Below, piece after piece: positions 1 through 11,125 of a stretch of 64,000 nucleotides of DNA. Source of the DNA: Haliotis cracherodii (lineage: Eukaryota). The DNA is taken from NCBI RefSeq assembly GCF_022045235.1, contig NW_027266270.1, positions 17,112,001 to 17,176,000 on the forward strand. The letters are read 5' to 3'. Position numbers and translations under genes: made by a program. Numbering within the stretch: the first letter of the stretch is position 1; every line of letters starts with the position of its first letter. The notes beneath the pieces were generated by a model. That model was not told where the DNA came from. It did no database searches and was given only the letters and a program-made list of their open reading frames with translations.

Positions 1-571
1 ATACCTAGTCGATGCCTTTTTTGAAAGCTTGACCATTGTTTCTGCTGGCTGAATATTATTATCACTGACCTGTTTTCTATTACTACTGCTATTGCATTTT
101 ATACTTCAATTGAATATTGTACTGCCACTCTATTGTTCACTGCCATTGCAATTATTTTGCAGTAATTTGTATGGATTTGTAAACATGGTTAATGTTATAA
201 TACAATTGTTTCATACAAAATTCTCTTAGGCATATATTTCTGGGTTAACTTATTGTTTCAATTTTGAAGTCGACATGTAACAATGTCCTACTTCGATCAA
301 AGGAAATAAAATATAAAATAATTAAAAGCTCAAGATAGCAGAAGGATGTTTGAGTTATTTTAGGGGAAAAAAACTCATCCTGATCTGAAGTGAAGTCCCT
401 AATGTTTCCCTGTCTGTTGTTCCTCATTAAGGAGATAAAATAAGGACTGTTCGGCTCGGAGTCAGAAAACTGTGCCTGAGTGGGATTTTCATTATAAAAC
501 TGCAGCTTGTCATTTCAGTGGGTTAGCCCTATAAGACCAACAACAGTCCGGACCAGTAGACGTACACTACA

Positions 572-607
<36 letters not shown>

Positions 608-1577
608 CACATTCACACGTTCATTTCACCTCACCTTCACCATTGGAATGTGATATAAACATGAAACGTCAATGCAAGAGAATAACGAGTCTAGATTATC
701 CGCCAAACTTCCGTTCCAATAGCCGTGGAAATTTTATGAATGGACCACTGAAAATCAGTGATGACACCAGGTGTTCGGCAACAATTGTAAGCATGGCCGT
801 GACGCCACACAGTAGTACTCCTGTACATTCTCAAACTCTTGATAGCACACAGCACCAGGTCAATACCTAGGTGATATGTGTCAGAAAGAAATAATGATTG
901 TATATTTACCTTTAAGTGACCGACAATTTGATATTCAGGTGGACGGGGTTGGATGGGGTAGTTTTTTTCTGTCTTGAGGCTAGGCATTTTCAGCTACAGC
1001 ACCAGAACCAATTTTGTTTTTAATAACAACTATGGGTCTGAATAAAGTTCGAATAAATACGCCTTGCATCAATGTCATTTCTTTGTCAGGTTCTTTTTTT
1101 CAACATTCTAAAGCATAATTATATTTTCCAAGACTCTTCTTGAACAATTTATTTTTTATCATAAAATCCCATGTCCCCCGAGAATATGAAATGGTCTCTA
1201 ACTGCCCACATCTAATATTGCTACCTTCGCTATGCAGAATTGCCTCCTTTTGCTGCTCCAGGATCTGATGATCATGGATTCGGATCCCAAATTCGCACTG
1301 ATTTTTCAGCACCAAAGTCATGCTCGTGCAAAGTGGTAAACGTCTGAGACTTACAATACTTCGGGTTTTCCTGACACGCCTTGACAGAAGTGGAATATTT
1401 TCAAAGCGGCGTTAAACTCCACTCACTCACTTACTCACTCACTTACTCACTCGCTCTGTTTGTCAGCACCATGAGATGTGTTTTACTAATTTCATATGCA
1501 ATAAAATATCACTCAGAAATGTTTCAGACACTTTATTGTTACAAGTCAGAATGTTTGTCGAGACATGTTGTCTCGAG

Positions 1578-2527
1578 CTACTCAGCGCCTTCTGCCTGTT
1601 TCTTTGCCTCTTTCGCGGCCAACTTCTGGTTAATATCGTCCAGGGATACGTCATAGTAATACAACCCGGTTGAAGAATAATCTACCTGAAAAACAAAATA
1701 GTAAAATCAAAAACTTTTGTCACCTATTCAGCGTCACCAAACTAGCTGTATAATTACACACCAAAGTACTTTCTTGTCAATGTTTAGATGACTGTAAGGC
1801 ACTAACATAAAACTGAAATAGACATGGAGGCTTATTGTGCTGCAGTCACATCTAGGCACCGTAATATGTAATACTCCAATCCTGTTCCATATATTTGTCA
1901 GCCATTTAGGTTAAATAATAAGTCACTCACTCTCTGAAGACTCGTTTGCGCCTGTGTTCTTGTGGCAGGAGAACTGCTTAGTGGTGTCAGGCAACAGACA
2001 TTTACTTTTTTATGCACATTGTGTGAGTGGCGGGTGGTACCGGTCGGGCAGGACATGCTTACCCTTTCCGCGAACGCCTGGTGTCATCACTTATTTTCAG
2101 TGATGCATTTATACGGTTTTCTCCGCTATTTTCCCCTTTACACCAGCCCGCCGGAGTCTATCGTGTTGGCTTAACGAGACTGATTACTACTCATGTTCAC
2201 GATCGACAATGTCTTCATACAACATGTGAAACTATAGTTTATAACTGTACACATTAAGTGCAGAAATAAGTTACTCACGTATCCATAGTCCACCACAGCA
2301 CCAACTGCGTACAAGCCGTAGTCATCATAGTTGTATCTGGCGTAGTAATATTCATAATCTCTCTTGTCCTTGTTGTTCTGCTTATCCACGTCGTTTGCAG
2401 AGGCGATGATTGATTTAGCGGCGTTCATGACGTTGTCGCCATTATTCTTGTTTGACCTCTTGGCCCTGGTTAGGGTTCTGGCGGAAGCAACGACAACAAC
2501 GACTGCAAGGATGACGAGGACCTTCAT
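1578..2527 (-). CDS. Gene A copy 1: secreted Tyr/Asp-rich prepropeptide, 118 aa; join(complement 2279..2527, 1578..1685); non-coding exon 1 about 2932..2960
   Basis: Signal peptide MKVLVILAVVVVVASA; RAKR and DKR sites; core DYEYYYARYNYDDYGLYAVGAVVDYGY; donor GTGAGT in phase 0; acceptor TTTTCAG; last exon VDYSSTGLYYYDVSLDDINQKLAAKEAKKQAEGAE then stop; AATAAA on - strand at 1532-1537; exons conserved in three copies. Confidence 0.88.
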
Positions 2528-2931
2528 TCTTGGATCTGTGAATATACATGTTGTAGTCAAAGGTATGGAGGCATGCCAAATAATTTAAATTGGATTCTCA
2601 ATTCTCACAATATCATAAACAATATCACAGTATTATTAACATTTACTGTATATATGTTCAGAAGTTACAAAATCGTCCGGTGCATCAAAACAATGAAAAT
2701 ACATACACAGTGTGGTCAAACAGGTAATGGCAAACTGACCTTTAGGAGTCGTATTGCAAACCTTCTCACCACAATTATTATTCTGACAATCAACGAAAAA
2801 TCATCACAATAGAATTTAAATATTTTTGTTTTCGTCAGAGACAATTATTTCGGGTTTGCTTCAAACTTTACTAAGGCCTTGAATGTAACCCTGAAAAGAA
2901 CTTTTGAGCAAGAGTCGTATAGCATACTTAC

Positions 2932-3235
2932 TTGCAGAGAGCACACGTTGATTTTCCGGTAATTGTACCAAAGTATGGCACCGTTTATATACACTGTGTA
3001 TACCATGTGCCTTCACATATCAGACTTCTGTGTTCACCAAAGATCGGGATAGATAGACACCTCCATCAGTGGGGGGTATCAGTGTCTCGTCTTCTCGGGT
3101 TTCTTCGGTTTCATCAACTACTGTATGGAACGTGGAAGTATTGCAGGATTAAATATCACGGCGCCAAATATAAGCCCTGGCTGAATTGTGATTGTCACTC
3201 ATTCACTGTAGAGGATCGCAAGCAGCTCATATCAG
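2932..3235. promoter_or_regulatory. Bidirectional promoter plus the two non-coding first exons, cassette 1
   Basis: Minus-strand TATATAAA at 2984-2991 with donor GTAAGT at 2926-2931; plus-strand TATAAG at 3169-3174, Inr-like TCATTC at 3199-3204, donor GTATGT at 3236; block conserved in all three cassettes. Confidence 0.72.
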
Positions 3236-3991
3236 GTATGTTCAGTGTACATAGGTTATGAATACCTTTTCTTATTACTTTACACTGATTAATCTAGAAT
3301 CAGTTCTCATATTGATTTTTAGCGTATTTCCAGTACCAATATTTTCGTTTTGAAAAATAACTTGAGAGTGTAACACTCGTGTTGATTATAGCCACAACCT
3401 GCGAATATCCCTGTTCTATATATCCCGGCCTGTAGACAAGAAACACAATCCAGTGATTGATATTTTGAGCAACGATCCACACTATCAACCAAGTCCCCGA
3501 CTCTGACTACCCGGTCCACCAAGTCGCCCCTAACGAGCAGCACGGGTTGATGGAGACCTGGTCTAACCCGGACCAACTCCTGTACTCCCTGGTTATATTC
3601 CCCACGAATACCATCCCTTGTCTCAATCATATTAAGTACCTACTGAAACAGGCAGAAGGAGGAAAATACCATTTAATTACTAAAATAAAATGCACACTCT
3701 GCCAATGGGGTGAGAAAGGATTTGAACTAAACCTAACATGTTTAAATTGAATTTGCTTTTCAATAGGCCAAGCTTGGGAACAAAAACAACATTATCTCGG
3801 TTGTGTACAATACATGTGATAATGTTAAAACCTGGAAAGAATATTTCATAAATTTTTGTACAAATCTCCAGATTTTGTGTTTTTACCTCACCATACTGCT
3901 CTGTAAAGGTGTTTATGAGATTGTAATAATGTTTCCACATCCATACAGTTTTGTATGATCAATACTTGACTTGTATCTCTAAGTGTAAATA

Positions 3992-4255
3992 GACCCGTGA
4001 AGATTCCGGGGTAGAATAGGTCTTCAGCAACCATGCTTGTCGTAAAAAGTGACTATGCTTGTCTTAAAAGGAGACTAACGGGATCGGGTGGTCAGGCTCG
4101 CTGACTTTATGCATGTCATTGATCCCAATTGCGTGATTCGATGCTCATGATATTAATCACTGGTTGTTCTGGTCCTGACTCGATTATTTACATACCGCCG
4201 TCATATAGCTGGAATATTGCTGAGTGCGGCGTTAAACAACAAACCATCCAACCAA
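3992..4255 (+). mobile_element. Non-autonomous retroelement family 2 (GACCCGTGAAG...TCGTAAGAGGCGACTAA...GGCGTTAAACAAC)
   Basis: Repeated at about 3384-3578 (-), 8495-8690, 15283-15551, 23997-24243, 31300-31494, 53058-53155; 3' end resembles SINE family 1. Confidence 0.75.
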
Positions 4256-4936
4256 CTAAGTGTAAATATATTTCAGGTCTTTTCAGTTAAACTCTCACTC
4301 TTACACTGTTGTCTGCACCATCAGCACTATGCAATGAAGTGCATATGACGATCTCACTAAGAGCAAATCTGATTTTTTTGTCAACGGTGGGTTAGCCTTG
4401 TGGTTAAAGCGTTCGCTCGTCACGCCGAAGACCCGTGTTCAAATCCTCACATGGGTACAATGTGTAAAGCCCATTCCTGGTGTATCTCGTCGTGACATAA
4501 CTGGAATTTCACTTCTCCACTACTACACCTGACATGTTAAAACTAAATTTGCTTTTTAATAGCCCATAATTAGCAACAAAAAGAAAATTATCTTGGTTTT
4601 ATACAGTAATAATGATAAATGATAATGTTAAAAGCTGGAATGAATATTTTAAAAATTGTTCTACAAATATCCAGAATTTGTGATTTTACCTGATCCTACT
4701 GATCTGAAAAGATGTTCATGAGATTGTAACAATGTTTTCATGTGCAAACATTTGACTTGTACCTCTGACGTCGCTGCTGAGTGTAAACATAGTTCAGGTC
4801 TTTTCATCCCTCTTAGTCGACTGGGCCACCAGAGTACCACCACCCCCACAAAAAAACGACCCCTCTTTGCAAGAATCTTTCCATACGAAATATAGAGCAG
4901 TAATGAATGATGATGTTCACCATATTTCCTCACAGA

Positions 4937-6090
4937 ATGAACGTCACCTGTGTCTTCCTGTTGGCGCTACTCGTCGCCTTCACCTTGGCTACACCTCGTG
5001 AGTCGAGAATGAACGCCAGAAAACAGGACCGACAGTCACAGCAGTCCAAGGCCGCGCCCGAGAAGTCACAGCAGTCCAAGGCAGCGCCTCAGAAGAGGGA
5101 CGATTTAACCTTCCTCGATTCTGACACGACTTACGGTTCCTCCTCTGTAACTGGATATGAAGATCATGGTTATGTGAGTAGCTGCGAATGAGTGAGTGAG
5201 TGAGTGAGTGAGTATGGTTTTACGCCGCTTTTAGCAATATTCCAGCAATATCACGGCGGGGGACACCAGAAATGGGCTTCAAACATTGTACCCATGTCGG
5301 GAATCGAACCCGGGTCTTCGCGTGACGAGCGAACGCTTTAACCACTAGGCTATCCGACCGCCCCTAACTGCGAATGAAGTGAGTGACTTAAAGTGTAGAA
5401 GTTGACATCACATCAGCGGTTTTCAGATAAGTCATGTTTGGTCGTGAAGAACATTTCGTTTACCAACATTTTTACGATTCTGCTGCCGTTACTGGTTACA
5501 AAGATAGTGGCTACGTAAGATTCTCCGCGTTTAGTAATTAATCACCTCATAAGAACTTATCGATTTAGGTGGACGTTTTCTGAAAATCACTCATTGTTTT
5601 CTTTCGAAAGGGTCAGAAAAAGCGGAGAGGGGGTAGTTTACACTTTTCAATTTGGCATGTTTAAATGGGGTGGGTAAAGGGTTGAGCTGTTCACTCATCA
5701 CACTCAACTTCGTATTGTACAATTTCATATACCAACTAATTGTTCCACAGTTTAACGAGTGGGACTAAAGCATGATGTATGTATGTAAGAAAAAATCGCT
5801 CTCCACTGGTCCCCCACGAGACAGTTGGACAACTTATATTATTAACTGCTCGGTTCACATGTAGTTCCTTGTGATAACATGTACCTGCCTTCACGCCATA
5901 CAACAAATGTACAATGACGAGTGACATCAGACACCCACCATTTGTTCCACAGTATAACCAGTATGACTACGGGTATGGATGGCTCGAGTACTACAACAAA
6001 GATGAGGAGCAACAGGAAGCCAAGCAGGAGACGCAGCAGAGACGCCGTCGTCGTAGAAGGGCAGTTCCCGTTGTCAGACGAGTACAGTAG
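4937..6090 (+). CDS. Gene B copy 1: secreted Tyr/acidic prepropeptide with poly-Arg tail, 124 aa; join(4937..5173, 5953..6090)
   Basis: Acceptor CACAG just before ATG; signal peptide MNVTCVFLLALLVAFTLA; KR then DDLTFLDSDTTYGSSSVTGYEDHGY; phase-0 GTGAGT donor; acceptor TTCCACAG; last exon YNQYDYGYGWLEYYNKDEEQQEAKQETQQRRRRRRRAVPVVRRVQ then stop; AATAAA at 6125. Confidence 0.88.
5192..5364 (-). mobile_element. tRNA-derived SINE family 1, full-length with target-site duplication CTGCGAATGA
   Basis: A/B-box tRNA head GGGGCGGTCGG..TAGTGGTTAAAGCG..GGTTCGATTCC and (ACTC)n tail; other copies about 4385-4510, 7350-7590, 16515-16620, 27770-27900, 31091-31217, 55666-55793, 58160-58270, 58810-58918, 61407-61496. 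Confidence 0.85.
5473..5520 (+). pseudogene. Relic duplicate of the 3' end of gene B coding exon 1 (YDSAAVTGYKDSGY plus GTAAGA donor) inside B1 intron
   Basis: About 34/42 nt identical to the B2/B3 exon end; no in-phase acceptor found. Confidence 0.6.
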
Positions 6091-6205
6091 ACATGGAGCT
6101 GTAACACAACTGTAACGTTATTGAATAAACCTTGGAATCTATTTGCTTGTCTATCATTGCTCGAATATTGCTTTAAACTCACTCACTCGTTGTATTTATA
6201 TAGAA

Positions 6206-6488
6206 GTGAGTGAGTGAGTGAGTTGAGTTTAACGCCGCTTTTAACAGTATTCCAGTTATGTACGGCGTGTCAGCTTAATGTGGGAGGAAAGCCCCAAGTG
6301 TATGCAGGTCTCAGACATTTACCACTTCGGTGAAACCCACGAGCACGGGTATGGTGCTGACAAACCTAGAAACATAATCGGGGCGAACCGGAATTCGAAC
6401 CCACAATCATAGGTGTCTGGCGTGCCCAAGGGACGCAACTCTGCACAGCGAATCGCGGCGCCTTTGACGACTGGGCCACCCGTGCCCC
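6206..6488 (-). mobile_element. tRNA-derived SINE family 3
   Basis: Head GGGGCACGGGTGGCCCAGTCGTC..GGTTCGAAT; copies about 19885-20120, 25091-25370, 30675-30952, 57047-57320. Confidence 0.8.
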
Positions 6489-8735
6489 GGTATTTATATA
6501 TAAGGTATGATGCACTGAATATGTGCGGTAAGGGGGGTGCAGTAAACTTTTTTGTTTCTTCTTCTCGTCAACTACCGTTTTCTCTTGAGCCATGTATATT
6601 AAATAACTTCATTCAACTAAGGAGAATCTGTTTATTTACAGAGGTAGAATCATCATATTACTGTAGAACCGTATGTGTCAAGATGAGTTATCCATAGTTT
6701 GAGACAAGCGGAACACTGGTATTAGCCCCTGATAATCATAATCGAGGTACGATTTATGAGTAGTAGGGAATGTATCATCACTGATAAAATATAGAAATGG
6801 TACATGATACGCATTAAACATAACAGAACTGAAATGATCGTCAATGACCCTTTCTTTTCATAATTACTGTAGAAAGGTGCAATGTATTATACATTGTTGT
6901 TTCGTTTTATTTGGGGAGAAAGGAAGATTTAGATTTAGATTTAGGAGATACAAAGATTTGATACCTGTAATCTCGGTTCTAAAACTGGTTATGACCAGAC
7001 GAGTAGCATGCCCTTGTTGGCACGGTTGATTGCCTATATGTGCGCATGAAGCGCCCAGTTGTACATGGAAAACTCCCTAAACTGATGATGACACAATGAC
7101 CATATAAACCTGGATTACAATAAGTGATCAGTTGAGTCCAATATTTTCAGTTGGTTGGATTGTCGAATTCACGGATCCAAAACGATCGCTTGTAACAGCG
7201 TATGTTTGCTTTCTTATATTCCAACCAGACATGTATCACTTCAAAATGACACAATAACATCAACTAGAACAGATGCCAAGTAGGTCTTATTCAAATTGTT
7301 GACCTTGACGAAAACCAAGCGACCCTTGCAACGTTTAGGTCTTCAGTACAGGGTGGTAGGGTAGCCTAATGGTTAAAGCGTCAGCTCGTCACGGCAAAGA
7401 CCCGGGTTCGATTCCCCATATGATCACTATTTGCAAGTTGTGGAAGGCAAGACGTTTCTGTTATCAAACAACTTGGATGAGATGTTTTAAGCAACAATTA
7501 TCTTAATTGCAAATTCACTTCTGGTGTCCCCTGTCGTGATATTGCTGGAATTATTGCTAAAAGCGGAGTAAACCCATCACGTACTCATTCCTCATGTGCC
7601 GACGCTTCTCGGCCTAGAATGCACGGAGAAGGTCGGCCAACTCAGAAAGTGGAATAGTAATTCCGGATATTTTCTCGTCTCTGATGACCAATCGGTAAAA
7701 CAGGTAGGCAAGTTATTTGTTTTGTTTTTTTTAAATTTAAGTTTCTTTCCTTACCTTTTTATGTTTTATAGTTTCTCAAAATCTAAGTTTTTCTCTCGAT
7801 ACGATAGTGAATCGGGTTTTTGATCAGCAGCGGTCGCTTCGATCTGCGTCAGCGGCCACATCTAAGCAGGGAACGACATTGTTTTCATTGATGCTAGATT
7901 CCTGTCATTTCCGAAAACAAGGCATCAACGGGTACGTCAATATCCCTCAATCAATCAATTTCGTTCACCCCAGAAATTTTACCGAATTCAATTTCTTTAC
8001 TTGCGTAATTAGTATTGAAAGATGGCCATTCCATATCCAATCACCGTGAGGACAATTTAATCCATTTTGTTTCATCAAGCAGCTAGGAGACATTAAACAT
8101 CGGAACTAAAGCATTTATTTATTTTCAAGTCAGATTAAATGTTACAAGACAAGGGAAATGCTAAATTAATTATATTCCTGATAAATGCAGGGATTAAAAA
8201 GAAAAAAAGAAGAACGAGTTGATCGTAAACACCGATCGAGAAATCGGAGAAACCCCGGAAAGTAGTTCCGGCAAAAGTTCACACGATCAATTTGACAAAA
8301 AAATGTTCACATCGTGTGAACTTTCAGTCTGTTCACAGGAGTGTGAACTCCAAATATCAGATCACGTGACTACATATTCAGCCAATCGGCGAGGATTATG
8401 GAAATGGTTTTGTTGCTTTTATTTCCATCTCACACAAGACTGTGACTTCTACAGCAAATTCACTTCCCCACGAGCCGAGGGAATCGACCTCATTGTCGGA
8501 AGAGGTGACTTACGGGATCAGGTCAGGCTCACTAACATGGTTGACGCATGTCGTCGTATCCCAATTGTCTAGATCGATGAGCATGATGCCAATCAATGGA
8601 TTGTCTGGTCCAGACTAGATTATTTAAAGACCGCCGTCATATAGCTGAACTATTGCCAAGCGCGGGGTTAAACAAGAAACAAACCTAACTGCGTAGATCT
8701 ATGCATGTTATGTTAATCATTGGTGTGTCTCTGTT

Positions 8736-8781
<46 letters not shown>

Positions 8782-8829
8782 TCTTAGAAATACCACCAAC
8801 GGCGGTACAGGAGAAAACATTTCTTAGCA

Positions 8830-10190
8830 TGATAATATGTTGTATGTAACAAGATGTCGGTTATACTGCACAAATCTTTCGCGACATTTAAACATTTTGT
8901 ATGAACAAACCACATACATCAACAAGCCAGTATACAGATTCAGCACACATATACAGTTTCACTCAACGGTACTTATCTATTGTACATATGAATTTGGCAA
9001 GGTTCTTAATTTCTTTTACAATTCTGGTACTCAATTTTTGTTGTAATGTATGATATTAGGAAACTGTGTATATCTATTTGAGATAAATTTGGATCTGGAT
9101 TCATGGGGAGCTTCATAATTAAACAGGTAGTTGAATTCAACGGGTTTACCTGGCGACATAGACAGTTTACATGTCCTACATTCTCTGTCTATACTAGGTG
9201 AGGTGAGCTGAAATGGGGTTTAACGTCGCGTCCAAGATGATTGCACTTATATAGCCACGTGCATGTACGTGTGTGTGTGTGTATGTGTGACTGCTTGTAC
9301 TGGTCCGGACTGATGCTGATTTATAGTGCTAGCTCACTGAGATACCATGCCGCAGTTTAACATGAATACCCCACTCAGACACAGTATACTGCCTCCGAGC
9401 CGACCAGTCCTTGTTTTAGCCCCTTGATGCCGAGCGCCAGACAGGGTAACAACAAGTACCATCTTTTAACGTCTTTTGGTATGACGCGGCCGCTGTCTAT
9501 ACTACGTCAACGGCCAACTTTAACAGTCAGATTATGGTTACAGGTTCTCTGTTTTAGAATAGGATTGTAAACTTGTTTTGGTAGGAGAAGAAAGGTTTCA
9601 AATCACGGGATAACTTATGACAATGTATAACAATATCCCTTTGTCGACGTCAGATTGGCAATTTTGATAACACTGACCTTTTAATTATTTTCTATCTGAG
9701 CCGTTAGCCCCTGTCTGGAAACGCTTTGTGGGTCATAAAATATACATAGGGCAGACCACAGTAATAAAGTAAATGCCTCACATTTCTTATCCAGGCATTT
9801 TGTTCATTATTAGACACAAATTGCAAATGAGCCCACTGATAGATGAGTCGCCAACATTAAGGTGCAGTTCCGGGTTTACAAAGTTTATGCCAGACACTAC
9901 CCGTTCAGCTGTCCAGTAAGATGATTCTACCTAGTTTTCCATAAACCATAAAATTTGGGGTTGCATTTCTAAGACCACAGGCTAGTTTAAGTAATTTAAA
10001 AAGAAGTTTTTTCAATGATGTTACTATTTTCGTATGCCCAAGTTTCACAGCCATTTAATAATATTGGTAATATAATTACATCAAAAGCCTTAAGTAAACA
10101 ATCCAAAGGAATATTATATTTTCTAGATTTTTTTAGAAGACAGAACATGGCCTTTCATGCACTCTCTGATAAATATTTTATTGTTGACTT
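8830..10190 (-). mobile_element. Degenerate LINE 3' region interrupted by a SINE
   Basis: AFDVIILPILLNGCETW motif near 10030-10090 on - strand. Confidence 0.45.
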
Positions 10191-10831
10191 TCTGTACCTA
10201 TATAAATTGTGTGAGTGGCGGGTGCTATCGGTATGGCAGGATATGCTCACCCTTTTCGCGAACATCTGGTATCATCGCTGATTTTCAGAGATCCATTAAC
10301 ACAATTGTCACCGCTATTTTGCCTTTTACGTCCAATGAAATCTGTTTCTTCGGATAATCGAGACTGGTCGTTCTTTGGTGTTGACGTTTTATATTTCACT
10401 GCGGCTCTTATCTCAAAGATGGCGGATTGGAAAATGGCGCTCGAACAAGCCAAAGACTGATCTGTCATCACTTTTCCTGCTTTCAGACGAGTGGACCTTT
10501 GTCATGATGTGAACTACTTTTTTCTTTCGTGTTTTGGAATATGATTTCTGGCCCCCGCCATTGTCAGACAAAGCAATGCTAACCTCAGCACCATTGCATA
10601 AACGAACCACACTCATTCCTAAAGCTAAAAGAGCTGACAACAAATGAACCTTCAACAGTTTCTTCGATGCTAAATCCATGTAGTGGGGTACAAAATCCCC
10701 CCTGGCACCAGAATGGCAACGATACTCAGCCAGACGTGAACTAATCTGGTACGCGTTCAAAACACACGTGTTCGATGTTTGACGCTAGCTCAAAGCACTG
10801 ATGTCATTCGCGCATGCTCCATTGCTATCTC

Positions 10832-11004
10832 GGGGCGGTCGGGTAGCCTAGTGGTTAAAGCGTTGGCTCGTCACGCCGAAGACCCGGGTTCGTTCCCCGA
10901 CATGGGTACAATGTGTGAAGCCAATTTCTGCTGTCCCCCGCCGTGATATTGCTGGAATGTTGCTAAAAGCGGCGTAAAAACCATATTCACTCACTCACTC
11001 ACTC
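10832..11004 (+). mobile_element. SINE family 1 copy
   Basis: Full tRNA head, body and (ACTC)n tail. Confidence 0.85.
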
Positions 11005-11125
11005 CATGCTATCTCACTGATCACACAGAACCAAACTGAAGAAAACACGTTTCAGACATTTTATTGGAATAGGTAAGAATGTGTATTAGGAAGGACAAAT
11101 GAAACCCAGGACATCTTGTCGCGAG

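Noticed and set aside
2279-2360. Known neuropeptide precursor (sulfakinin/CCK-like DY motifs)
   Set aside because: No repeated amidated peptides, no G-K/R amidation sites and no recognisable C-terminal motif
5921-6115. Alternative frame MTSDTHH...RRRSRD repeated in three copies (also 1463..1654 MTYPW...)
   Set aside because: Off-frame readings of the true last exons; splice phase 0 selects the Tyr-rich frames
10413-10760. 115-aa ORF as a third cassette gene
   Set aside because: The homologous block at about 20150-20570 does not keep the full frame and there is no recognisable domain
10832-10905. tRNA genes at GGTTCGATTCC motifs
   Set aside because: They are SINE heads continuing into a shared body and tail; no complete cloverleaf with terminator identified
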